19,315 nucleotides of DNA from a virus. The position numbers were made by a program, and so were the translations under genes. The stretch lies in the IMG/VR virus record IMGVR_UViG_3300045988_139350, positions 1 through 19,315 of that record. One strand, given 5' to 3'. The notes under the pieces are model-generated. The model saw nothing but the letters and a program-made list of their open reading frames with translations. It was not told the DNA's origin and did not search any database. Within the stretch, counting starts at the first letter, position 1. Every line of letters begins with the position of its first letter. This document shows, one piece after another, positions 4,968 to 12,861 of this stretch.

Positions 4968-7097
4968 ATGGATTTAAATGAGAGGTTAAAAAATATAACA
5001 GAGAATTTAGATAATTATTATTCTTATAGGTGTATTCCAAATTATGCTGAAACACAAAATTTTGCATTTGATATTGAAGCATGTTATTTAAAAGAAAAGA
5101 ATGAAATGTTGACTTATTCTATAGCATTAATGTCATGCGATAATAATACAGATATTTGTTATCATTATAAATCTGTTGATAAGTTTATGAATGATTTACT
5201 ATCTATTAAAAAGAAAACAATTAATTTATTTGCTCATAATGCATTATATGATATCAAGCCTTTTATATTATGGTTTACTGAACAAGATAATGCTAATCAA
5301 AGATTTGATGCATATTATGAAAAAGAATGTTACGATTTTTATAATAAGAAAAAAGAGAAATTAAAATTTACAGCTAAAAATAAATCAAAGTTAAAATCAT
5401 TTGAATACAACTTAATAATGAAAGATGGTGTTTTTTATAAGTTAACTTTACAAGGTGATGATGTAACTATAAATTTTTATGATACTTTCAAAATTGCTCC
5501 ATTTAGTTTACAAAAATGTTGTAGTGATTTCCTTGATTTATGTTTACCAAAAGATGGATTAGATTATGAAAAAGAAAGAAGTATTGATGATGATTTAACA
5601 ACAGAAGAATTAAGTTATATTTATAATGATGTGTTTGGGTTAAGTTATTTAGTAAAAATGTTAAAAATTGACGGACTTGATATATACGGAAAACATGTTG
5701 TGTATACTAAATTAACAAATAGTGGTCAATCATTAGAGGACTACAAAGAAACAGTTCTTGAAGATTATACTTTAAAACAAAATATGTTTAAAAATCAAGA
5801 TTTATTTGACTATGTAGATAATGGGTTAATGCGAAGTAAATTTTTTCAAACTAATAGTCCTGCGTTAAAGAAACAAATAATGTTTGAATGTTTATTCCCA
5901 AAACAAAGTTATTTTACTGACGCATGGCAAAGACATTCTTATTATGGTGGATTAAGTACAGTATGTTTTGAAAATGTAGAAAAATTTACAAAATGTAAAA
6001 ATCATAATGGTATAGTTTTAGATGTTAATTCATTATATCCTTATATAATGAGCGATAGATTATTACCATATGGTCAAGCAAACTATAAGGAAATTCCGTG
6101 GTGCAAAATGAATGAAAGTTATAAGAAATGTTTTCCACTTTATATTCAAGAAATTACTATTTATGATTTTGAAGTAAAAGAAAATAAGATGGCATTCTTA
6201 CAAGTTAAGGACAATCCAAATTTTAATGGTAGAGAAATTTTAAAGAATAATATAAAAGATGGTGAAAAGGTAACATTAACTTTTAGATTATGCAATCCAT
6301 TACTTGAATTATTATTTGAATGTTATAATGTTTACTCTTATGAACTTGGTGGTCATATGGCATTTACTGGTAGTCATGATTTATTTAAAAATTATATTGA
6401 TTTTTGGAGCGAAGTAAAAAAGAATAGTACAGGAGCAAATAGGGCAATTGCAAAACTTAGACAAAATGGGTTATATGGTAAATTTGGTATGAGTGGCTCA
6501 AATGAAATTACAGAGTTTGAAAATAAAGACGGTATATTTACAATTAATCATTTACATGATGAATATGTTTCAGATAATGTTTACTTACCTATGGCGACCT
6601 TTATAACTTCATATGCTAAACAGTATCTAGTACAAGCTATTAATGCGAATTACGACAGATTTTTATATTGTGATACTGATAGTTTACATTTATACGGAAC
6701 ACTTGAAGAAGTTAAAGGTGTGAACATTGGTGCAAAAATATATGGTTACTGGGATAATGAGTTGTGTTTTGAAGATTTTAAATATATTGGTAGCAAACGT
6801 TATGCAGAAAAGAATGCAGAAACTCATAAATGGGAAATTAAATGTTGTGGGCTAACTGATAGCATTATGAAACAAGTTGATGATATTAATGTATTTGATA
6901 ACTGCCCACATTCAAGTAAGGAATTAAAAAAGATCAAATTATACACAAAAGAAAATGATGTATATTATTATTACGACGAAGAATGTACAAAGAAAATAGT
7001 AGGATTAATTAAATCTAAGAAATCAAAGATTATAAAAGGTGGTACACTTATACAAGAGCAACCTTATAAAATTTCAAATAGTTATTATTTATTTTAG
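4968..7097 (+). CDS. Protein-primed family-B DNA polymerase (709 aa)
   Basis: Exo I FAFDIEA. Exo II LFAHNALYDIKPF. Exo III YIYNDVFGL. Motif A VLDVNSLYPYIM. Motif B KLRQNGLYGKFG. Motif C LYCDTDSLHL. GGGAGGG RBS. Confidence 0.95.
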   Translation: MDLNERLKNITENLDNYYSYRCIPNYAETQNFAFDIEACYLKEKNEMLTYSIALMSCDNNTDICYHYKSVDKFMNDLLSIKKKTINLFAHNALYDIKPFILWFTEQDNANQRFDAYYEKECYDFYNKKKEKLKFTAKNKSKLKSFEYNLIMKDGVFYKLTLQGDDVTINFYDTFKIAPFSLQKCCSDFLDLCLPKDGLDYEKERSIDDDLTTEELSYIYNDVFGLSYLVKMLKIDGLDIYGKHVVYTKLTNSGQSLEDYKETVLEDYTLKQNMFKNQDLFDYVDNGLMRSKFFQTNSPALKKQIMFECLFPKQSYFTDAWQRHSYYGGLSTVCFENVEKFTKCKNHNGIVLDVNSLYPYIMSDRLLPYGQANYKEIPWCKMNESYKKCFPLYIQEITIYDFEVKENKMAFLQVKDNPNFNGREILKNNIKDGEKVTLTFRLCNPLLELLFECYNVYSYELGGHMAFTGSHDLFKNYIDFWSEVKKNSTGANRAIAKLRQNGLYGKFGMSGSNEITEFENKDGIFTINHLHDEYVSDNVYLPMATFITSYAKQYLVQAINANYDRFLYCDTDSLHLYGTLEEVKGVNIGAKIYGYWDNELCFEDFKYIGSKRYAEKNAETHKWEIKCCGLTDSIMKQVDDINVFDNCPHSSKELKKIKLYTKENDVYYYYDEECTKKIVGLIKSKKSKIIKGGTLIQEQPYKISNSYYLF

Positions 7098-7111
7098 GGG
7101 GTAAGGGATTT

Positions 7112-7675
7112 ATGAAATATGAAGATTATATTAATCAATATGGTGATAGATATTTAAGGGGTATGACTTATAAATATTATAATAGTATTTTAGTAAAATA
7201 TCATGATAGAGTAGAGTTTGAAGACGTGCTTCAAATATGTGAAGCAAAAGTCGCATTTGCTATAAATGAATATAATAAAGATATTGCCGGGCTAAACACA
7301 TTCATAGCAAAAGTAATAAAAAATGGAGTTTATGATGTTTTAAAAGTTGAAAGAAGAGAAAAAAGAAAAGTCTATGATAACAGAGTATTTTTAGATAAAG
7401 AAGTAGTTGAAAATGAAAGTAATAATGAATTGAGTTTATACAATGTCATTCAATCCGAAGATGAATACGAAGATATAAATGAAATAATTGATAAAGTTTG
7501 CGAATTTATTAAAAACGAAAGACATAGAGAATATTTTAAAATGTATTGTCAAGGATATACAATTGAAGAAATAAGTAATAAATTCGGAGTAAAATACAAT
7601 GGAACAAAAACAATTCTTTCAAGGATAAGAAAGAGATTAAGAGAACACGAAAAAGAAATAAGAGAAATAATATAA
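7112..7675 (+). CDS. ECF-like (group 4/5) sigma-70 family factor (187 aa)
   Basis: Region-2-like FEDVLQICEAKVAFAINEYNKD...LNTFIAKVIKNGVYDVLKVERREKRK. Region-4 HTH-like REYFKMYCQGYTIEEISNKFGVKYNGTKTILSRIRKRLRE. The size and two-domain layout are typical of ECF/TcdR-like sigmas. Confidence 0.75.
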   Translation: MKYEDYINQYGDRYLRGMTYKYYNSILVKYHDRVEFEDVLQICEAKVAFAINEYNKDIAGLNTFIAKVIKNGVYDVLKVERREKRKVYDNRVFLDKEVVENESNNELSLYNVIQSEDEYEDINEIIDKVCEFIKNERHREYFKMYCQGYTIEEISNKFGVKYNGTKTILSRIRKRLREHEKEIREII

Positions 7676-7680
7676 TAATT

Positions 7681-7706
7681 GGAGGGTTTTACCCTCCTTT
7701 TATTTT
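7681..7706 (+). terminator. Rho-independent terminator at the convergence point of the early and late arms
   Basis: GGAGGG(T) at 7681..7687 and (A)CCCTCC at 7691..7697, followed by TTTTATTTT. The T-run overlaps the stop codon of the convergent ATPase gene. No comparable U-run exists on the minus strand. Confidence 0.75.
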
Positions 7707-8707
7707 ACACCTAAACTTCTAAATATATCATACATCAAATGTTTAATATTTTGGTCTGTAAATCTTACTCTTCCAACTTGGAAATATGAAATTAATTGTT
7801 TCAACATATTTAGATTAATTCCACTTGCATTTAATAATGTATTCGGATTATGGTCTTCACAACTTAATACATATTCATTACAAGTTTTCATATATTTATC
7901 ATCACAATAGAATATACCAGTTTTATAGTCAAGCCATATCATTGCTCTTTCACCATTATAAACTATACTCATAACAGGCGAAGTATTTCGTTTCGGTCTT
8001 TTCTCAATGAATACTTCACTGTCTCTAAGAGAATTGTTATATATTGAATAGTCTGCATACTTTGTTCCTTTAATAAGCTTTCCGAATTTTGTTTCAAGTT
8101 TTTCGTTGATGAAAACTGTATCTGTACACATTTCAACAACTAATTCACCATCACGAGCAATAGTAAATCTTTCTGTTTTCTTAGGTGTTACATCAAAATA
8201 AGTAAAGTATGGATTTACTATAGAAACATTATTAGCTAATAAATAAGCTTTAACATTATTTCTTTTTCTTGCTATTGTTTCGTATAAATCTAAAAATACA
8301 TCAACTTCATTTGTTAGGTATCTTATACAACCTTTGTCAACAATGAACTCATCAAAAATGATGGTAGTTACAAAAGGGTAATCAACTGATTTTAATTTTT
8401 GAGAAGTTGAGAGAGCAATTGCATAACCTGCGATTTTTCCATCTATATAAAATGTTTTTCCCTTAACTTCAAACGTATGAGTTTTAAACTTTTTCCTTAA
8501 GTCGGGAGAATCAAAAAATTTGTGAATGTCATTAAGTTCCGTTTTATATCTTCTTACATAAACAAATTGTTCACCTTTCTTTAAAAACTTTTTTATTACA
8601 TTACATTTAGCACCAAAAGTTTTCCCAAATCCTCTATTAGTCAATATGAAATTTAAAGTAGCATTATAGCTATTAATTCTATCATAATTATACCAAGCCA
8701 CGAACAA
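7700..8707 (-). CDS. DNA encapsidation ATPase (phi29 gp16-like), 335 aa, non-ATG start (TTG 8707 or GTG 8701)
   Basis: Walker A LTNRGFGKTFGAK and Walker B TTIIFDEF. The N-terminus SYNATLNFILTNRGFGKTF parallels phi29 gp16 YDRILNFVIGARGIGKSY (from memory). It is the last gene of the late arm, as in phi29. RBS GGAAAGGAAG. Confidence 0.85.
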   Translation of the reverse strand: MFVAWYNYDRINSYNATLNFILTNRGFGKTFGAKCNVIKKFLKKGEQFVYVRRYKTELNDIHKFFDSPDLRKKFKTHTFEVKGKTFYIDGKIAGYAIALSTSQKLKSVDYPFVTTIIFDEFIVDKGCIRYLTNEVDVFLDLYETIARKRNNVKAYLLANNVSIVNPYFTYFDVTPKKTERFTIARDGELVVEMCTDTVFINEKLETKFGKLIKGTKYADYSIYNNSLRDSEVFIEKRPKRNTSPVMSIVYNGERAMIWLDYKTGIFYCDDKYMKTCNEYVLSCEDHNPNTLLNASGINLNMLKQLISYFQVGRVRFTDQNIKHLMYDIFRSLGVK

Positions 8708-8732
8708 AACACTTCCTTTCCATTTATTATAA

Positions 8733-8759
8733 AGCCCTTACATCTACTTTGTAAGGGCT
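8733..8759 (-). terminator. 10-bp perfect hairpin between the endolysin and ATPase genes (attenuator or terminator-like)
   Basis: On the minus strand: AGCCCTTACA, loop aagtaga, TGTAAGGGCT, then TTTATAATAAAT (interrupted U-tract that also contains a TATAAT-like box). Confidence 0.5.
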
Positions 8760-8766
8760 AATTATT

Positions 8767-9435
8767 TTATACAATTATACTATCAATACCTAATTTCTTT
8801 AATTTTTGTTGCATTTCTTCTGCATTTGATTTAATTTTATATGCTCCAACTTGTACACGATAAATCTTATCATTTGTATTTTGACTTGGTACACTAACTG
8901 GTCTAGACATGTATACCTTACCAGTAAGCGCTTCTATAATTGCTGAACAAATACTATCAAAGTTTTCTCTATATTTTTGTACGTCGTATGAAGAATCACA
9001 AAAACATACTTCAATCAATAGCATAGGCTTGTTTGTATTTCTTAACACATAAAGTCCTTTTCTTTCCTTTCCTCCTCTATCTTTTAGTCCACTTGCTTTA
9101 CTAATCGCAGATGAAACTTGACTTGCTAGTTGTGATTGAGAATAATAACAAACTTCTGTTCCCATACTATTTGATGTATGCTGATAGGCATTAAAGTGAA
9201 TTGATATATCTATACCATCTTTAAATTTATTATGCCAGTTTGCAATATTTGCTAAATTTTGTGAACTTGAACTTGATGTGTCATGATACTTGTACACTTC
9301 AATTCCCATAGCTTTACACATTTCGTAAATTTTATCAACTACTTTTCTTGCTTCTGTTACTTCATTTATTATATCACTTGCACCTTGACAGTTAATACTA
9401 TGCCCACTACTTATATTAATTTGTGAATAAGTCAT
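8767..9435 (-). CDS. Endolysin: N-acetylmuramoyl-L-alanine amidase (Amidase_3-like) with C-terminal SPOR-like domain (222 aa)
   Basis: Amidase_3-type blocks SSGHS..., DISIHFNAY, GTEVCYY, NKPMLLIEVCF. The C-terminal YRVQVGAYKIKSNAEEMQQKLKKLGIDSIIV is a typical SPOR signature. GGGAGG RBS. Confidence 0.85.
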   Translation of the reverse strand: MTYSQINISSGHSINCQGASDIINEVTEARKVVDKIYEMCKAMGIEVYKYHDTSSSSSQNLANIANWHNKFKDGIDISIHFNAYQHTSNSMGTEVCYYSQSQLASQVSSAISKASGLKDRGGKERKGLYVLRNTNKPMLLIEVCFCDSSYDVQKYRENFDSICSAIIEALTGKVYMSRPVSVPSQNTNDKIYRVQVGAYKIKSNAEEMQQKLKKLGIDSIIV

Positions 9436-9493
9436 TTTTAATTCCTCCCTATTTTGGAAAATAAAATAATAATTAATAAAAATATAACTTTGA

Positions 9494-9505
9494 TTGATAT
9501 ATCAA
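9494..9505. repeat. 12-bp perfect palindrome TTGATATATCAA between the holin candidate and the endolysin
   Basis: Read directly. It lies in the 88-bp untranslated gap 9436..9523. Confidence 0.6.
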
Positions 9506-9523
9506 CATACATTTCCCAGTACA

Positions 9524-9697
9524 TTATTTTTTACCCTCCACTTTATCCTCAATATTTTCTAATCTTACCATGATACCCTTAAGAGTAACGTTTAACTCAT
9601 TTAATGTCTTTGTAAAATTTGAATTATTCCAAAACAATACAACACAACAAGCTATAGGGAATCCAACATTTGTAATTAAATTTGTTATATCTTCCAT
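9524..9697 (-). CDS. YvrJ-like small membrane protein, holin candidate (57 aa), not in the ORF track
   Basis: AGGAGG overlaps the upstream stop, with ATG at 9697. It reads MEDITNLITNVGFPIACCVVLFWNNSNFTKTLNELNVTLKGIMVRLENIEDKVEGKK then TAA at 9524..9526. There is one hydrophobic segment. The ..NVGFPIA..(hydrophobic)..L.EL pattern matches my memory of the YvrJ family. It is positioned directly upstream of the endolysin. Confidence 0.65.
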   Translation of the reverse strand: MEDITNLITNVGFPIACCVVLFWNNSNFTKTLNELNVTLKGIMVRLENIEDKVEGKK

Positions 9698-9706
9698 AGT
9701 AACCTC

Positions 9707-9955
9707 CTATTCATATAATTCAGTTGATAAATTTCCCTCATCATCAACTAATATTTTAAATTGTTTATTATTTGGTGATATTAAAACTATTTTATTATAT
9801 GGTAGCATTAAATTGATTGTATTATTTAAGTTTTCGCACGTGTCCTGGCATTGATATATTAAATTGTATAATTCAGCAAGAACTTCTTGCCATGTATTTT
9901 TATCCATATTATAAAGATTTTGTATTGATGAATAAATATTCTCTTTACTTGCCAT
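9707..9955 (-). CDS. Hypothetical late protein (82 aa)
   Basis: RBS context AAAAGGAAGTGAATaataATGGCA is nearly identical to that of the 14999..16558 gene. No TM segment and no motif recognised. Confidence 0.6.
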   Translation of the reverse strand: MASKENIYSSIQNLYNMDKNTWQEVLAELYNLIYQCQDTCENLNNTINLMLPYNKIVLISPNNKQFKILVDDEGNLSTELYE

Positions 9956-10036
9956 TATTATTCACTTCCTTTTTAAAATTAGGAAAGTTGATGTTGCCTC
10001 CTTACTCATTTATGAACAATATTTATAAATTGTGAG

Positions 10037-12178
10037 TTATAAATCTGTAATACCAATATTATTTTTTACATTATAAGTAACATTTTCATTTGTTATAACA
10101 CCTTGAATTGATGTATCAGTTAATCCACACTTATCGATATTTCCATTAACAACTAAATTTAATTTACTTGTTACGTTAACACCATTAAATTTTATACCGG
10201 CTCTATTTTGACTATCTCTTAAAACTAAATTGTTATTATTTATAAAAATATCTGTTACACCTTTATTTAAATATTTTATTTCTATTGCTCCGTTAACGTC
10301 TGCGTATAAAATATTATTATTATAATTAAAAGTGTTTATTTGATTATCATCAACGTTATTGTCTAATCTAAAACCTAAATATGATATAGAATTATTTAAA
10401 TTTACAATTCTGTTGTCTAGTACAATAATTTTATTATTTATATTTATACCATCTTTATGAGTTATTTTAGAATTATTATCAATTGTCAATTCATCTAAAT
10501 TTTTAATTTGTAACCAATCACAAATTGTAAAAATGGTGTTACTTAGTGATAATGTATTCTTAATGTCATATCCTCTTTTAGTTGCTTTGTCCACCCAATC
10601 TGTTGAAGGTACTGTTAATACACAATTATCACATTTTAATTGTAACAAAGGATTTAAATAAAAAACATCGCAATCTTTAAATGCTATATTTTTTGAGAAT
10701 CTATTATAACGGGTATTGTGTGATGTAAAAATAGAATTTACAAATGTTACATTTGTTACAGCATTACCAAAAGCTTCACCACTTCCGAAATTATATGATA
10801 CTCTGTTGTAATATGCTTCATTATTTGTATTTGTTCCGTTCCAATCTTCTATTATAATATCGTGTTCATAATTTCCATGAAATTGTATTTCATTTGATTT
10901 ATTGTCATAACTTCTTACATTTGTATAATGACAATAGCCACCGCTCGTAAAGTCTAATGTATGTCTACTTTCATTACCTACTATATAGTTTCCACTAACG
11001 TTGTTTGAAGATATATTTTGAATGACATATCCCTCACCACCACCATATTTTCTTGTTTTTAAATTTTCAATATTATTATATTCACAGTTATGAGCGTACT
11101 CGCTATGAATAGTAGAGAATATACCATTTTCTAATTTTGCACCATTTACTTTAATGTTGTCTCCGCAAAAAATTGCAATACCGCAAAAACATTTTGTTTG
11201 ATAATCTGATTGGTCTAAAGTGCTATCAGGTAAAACATCTTTTCCATTAAATCCGTTTATAGTTATATTTTGTTTAGCATCAACTTTTTGAATAAAGCAT
11301 GTTGTAAAATCTGCATTTAATAAATGTTCAAAATTCCATCTATCTTTAGGTAATATATAATCTAAATAAATTTTTGTTTCTTCTTTTTTTATTATTTTAC
11401 TCATTACAGAAACAGATGGAGTCAATTTTGATGCACTATATATTCCAGTATCCACTCTAACTATTACATAATTACCAACTTTTAAATCGTTGATAACACT
11501 GATATTTACATACCCTTTATCTAAAGTTAATCCGTTGATAGATAAATCAATTGGATAAGTATCTTTTAATTCACCTCTAATTGTAAAAACGCCATGATTA
11601 TTTCTACCATCATGCGGTTTTGTTGTATCATAATCCATTAAAATTAAAGCATCATTTAAATTCAAAATTCTATTACTAGGGACATTAATTGGTTGTGTTA
11701 TTCTATAAACTTTTTCTTGTTTTAGTTCAAGAATTTTACCCGTCTCCAATGCTTGAATAAATGATTGAGTATCATCTGTAATTCCATCACCTTTTCCACC
11801 AAACATTTCTGGAGTTACATATATCGCCTTATTATCCAAATGTTCATTAAATTCTAGTTTAAAATTATCAACTTTATCATTTATATTTTTAAGTAAAGTT
11901 TGATTGATTAAAGCCTCTAATGTACCATTGTTTATTAATTCTAACAACCTTTTTGCAACTTGTTCCTCCAGTCCTTGCCCTAATAAATATTGTAATTTTT
12001 CCTTCATAGCTTTATCACTATTATAACATCTATCGTCTATATACTTTAAATGTTCAATTATAATATTTATTTTTTGAGCAAATTTACACAATAATTCGTC
12101 TGTTGTTAAACTATCAAAATCATAAACTTGCGTAATTAATTTATCAAGTCCAATATTTCTTATCTTATCAATACTCAT
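10037..12178 (-). CDS. Tail appendage / tailspike with right-handed beta-helix (pectate-lyase-3-like) domain (713 aa from ATG 12178; the track starts at 12211)
   Basis: AGGAGG lies 9 nt before ATG 12178 (MSIDKIRNIG...). The track N-terminus would read through that RBS. FGGKGDGITDDTQSFIQALETGK is the classic start of phage tailspike/gp12-type beta-helix domains. The gene sits where phi29 gene 12 sits. Confidence 0.8.
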   Translation of the reverse strand: MSIDKIRNIGLDKLITQVYDFDSLTTDELLCKFAQKINIIIEHLKYIDDRCYNSDKAMKEKLQYLLGQGLEEQVAKRLLELINNGTLEALINQTLLKNINDKVDNFKLEFNEHLDNKAIYVTPEMFGGKGDGITDDTQSFIQALETGKILELKQEKVYRITQPINVPSNRILNLNDALILMDYDTTKPHDGRNNHGVFTIRGELKDTYPIDLSINGLTLDKGYVNISVINDLKVGNYVIVRVDTGIYSASKLTPSVSVMSKIIKKEETKIYLDYILPKDRWNFEHLLNADFTTCFIQKVDAKQNITINGFNGKDVLPDSTLDQSDYQTKCFCGIAIFCGDNIKVNGAKLENGIFSTIHSEYAHNCEYNNIENLKTRKYGGGEGYVIQNISSNNVSGNYIVGNESRHTLDFTSGGYCHYTNVRSYDNKSNEIQFHGNYEHDIIIEDWNGTNTNNEAYYNRVSYNFGSGEAFGNAVTNVTFVNSIFTSHNTRYNRFSKNIAFKDCDVFYLNPLLQLKCDNCVLTVPSTDWVDKATKRGYDIKNTLSLSNTIFTICDWLQIKNLDELTIDNNSKITHKDGININNKIIVLDNRIVNLNNSISYLGFRLDNNVDDNQINTFNYNNNILYADVNGAIEIKYLNKGVTDIFINNNNLVLRDSQNRAGIKFNGVNVTSKLNLVVNGNIDKCGLTDTSIQGVITNENVTYNVKNNIGITDL

Positions 12179-12200
12179 GCACATGCACCTCCTAATTATT

Positions 12201-12229
12201 ACTAACGACAAAAAAGGACTTGAGTAAAC
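12201..12229 (-). promoter_or_regulatory. ECF-type promoter-like motif GTTTAC-N16-CGTTAGT ahead of the appendage gene
   Basis: On the minus strand: GTTTAC (12229..12224), spacer tcaagtccttttttgt (16 nt), CGTTAGT (12207..12201). The -35-like hexamer lies in the loop and 3' arm of the preceding hairpin. The leader to the RBS would be very short. Confidence 0.4.
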
Positions 12230-12234
12230 AAGCC
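12208..12234 (-). terminator. Intrinsic terminator/attenuator after the lower collar gene
   Basis: On the minus strand: GGCTTG, loop tttact, CAAGTCC (6 bp with one bulged U), then TTTTTTG. It starts immediately after the TAG stop at 12235..12237. Confidence 0.6.
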
Positions 12235-12861
12235 CTAATAAATTAACATAAATAAATCATTACATTCTTCAAAAATCATTTGGTCAATATTTATTAGTAC
12301 ACTTCTCCACTTTTCTAATAATTCAGCTGATGAAGTAACACCAATATTACCTTGGGAAACTAGAGAATAAGTTTCTGTTGAATTATTTTCTGCACTATTT
12401 GTTCCATTACTATTCATTGTTGAGTTGTCTGTATTTTTACTTGCACTAGTCATAAATTGGTCAAGGTCATCAATTTTATTTTGTGGAGTATCATTATTAA
12501 TATTTAAACTAGTGTCATTTGTTGTACTTGTTGAACTTTGATTTACTGAACTATTCCCTGTTAACTCTCTTGTATATTGTTCTTTCAAATCTTTATTTAA
12601 CATAAAATCAATGTCATTACATCGTAATTCTGTTTGATAGAGTTGCTTAAAATATGGATAAATATCATTTAATTTAATTTGCAAAGCTTTTTTAAATCTA
12701 GCAATAGGAGTTAATCCGATTTCATAAAAATAAAAATGGTCAATAAATTTTTTCTCAAAAGCTGATTTTAATTCATTGTCGTACAAATTATAATTAAAAT
12801 CAAATAATGTAAAATCCACACTATTAACTATTTGATTTAATTCTAACGTATATTTACTCAT
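12235..12861 (-). CDS. Lower collar protein (phi29 gp11-like), 208 aa from ATG 12861 (the track starts at 12906)
   Basis: GGAGGGAGA RBS precedes ATG 12861, which overlaps the connector stop by 8 nt. FYFYEIGLTPIARFKKALQIKLNDIYPYFKQLYQTE matches the EIG.ET...F...L....I.PYYN.LY block I recall for picovirus lower collar proteins. It follows the connector, as in phi29. The C-terminal half is N/S/T-rich low complexity. Confidence 0.7.
   Translation of the reverse strand: MSKYTLELNQIVNSVDFTLFDFNYNLYDNELKSAFEKKFIDHFYFYEIGLTPIARFKKALQIKLNDIYPYFKQLYQTELRCNDIDFMLNKDLKEQYTRELTGNSSVNQSSTSTTNDTSLNINNDTPQNKIDDLDQFMTSASKNTDNSTMNSNGTNSAENNSTETYSLVSQGNIGVTSSAELLEKWRSVLINIDQMIFEECNDLFMLIY

Noticed and set aside
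5686-5712. CGTATAT-like words elsewhere: minus-strand CCGTATATATC at about 5688 with GTATAC upstream; plus-strand CGTATAT at 12847; CGTATAAT at 1776; CGTATTAT at 18132
   Set aside because: The spacing to any GTnTAC-like hexamer is wrong (13 or 12 nt rather than 16) or the hexamer is absent. The sites lie inside genes and/or point against transcription, so they are not counted as motif copies.
9990-10012. Weak hairpin AGGAGG-caacatcaa-CTTTCCT after the appendage gene, and the AT-only palindrome ATTTATAAAT at about 10021
   Set aside because: The stem needs two G-U pairs and the U-tract is poor. AT-only palindromes are expected by chance at this base composition.
9570-10035. Plus-strand ORFs 9570..9854 and 9817..10035
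   Set aside because: They run against the late transcription direction and have no RBS. They overlap the better-supported minus-strand genes 9524..9697 (RBS plus YvrJ-like sequence) and 9707..9955.
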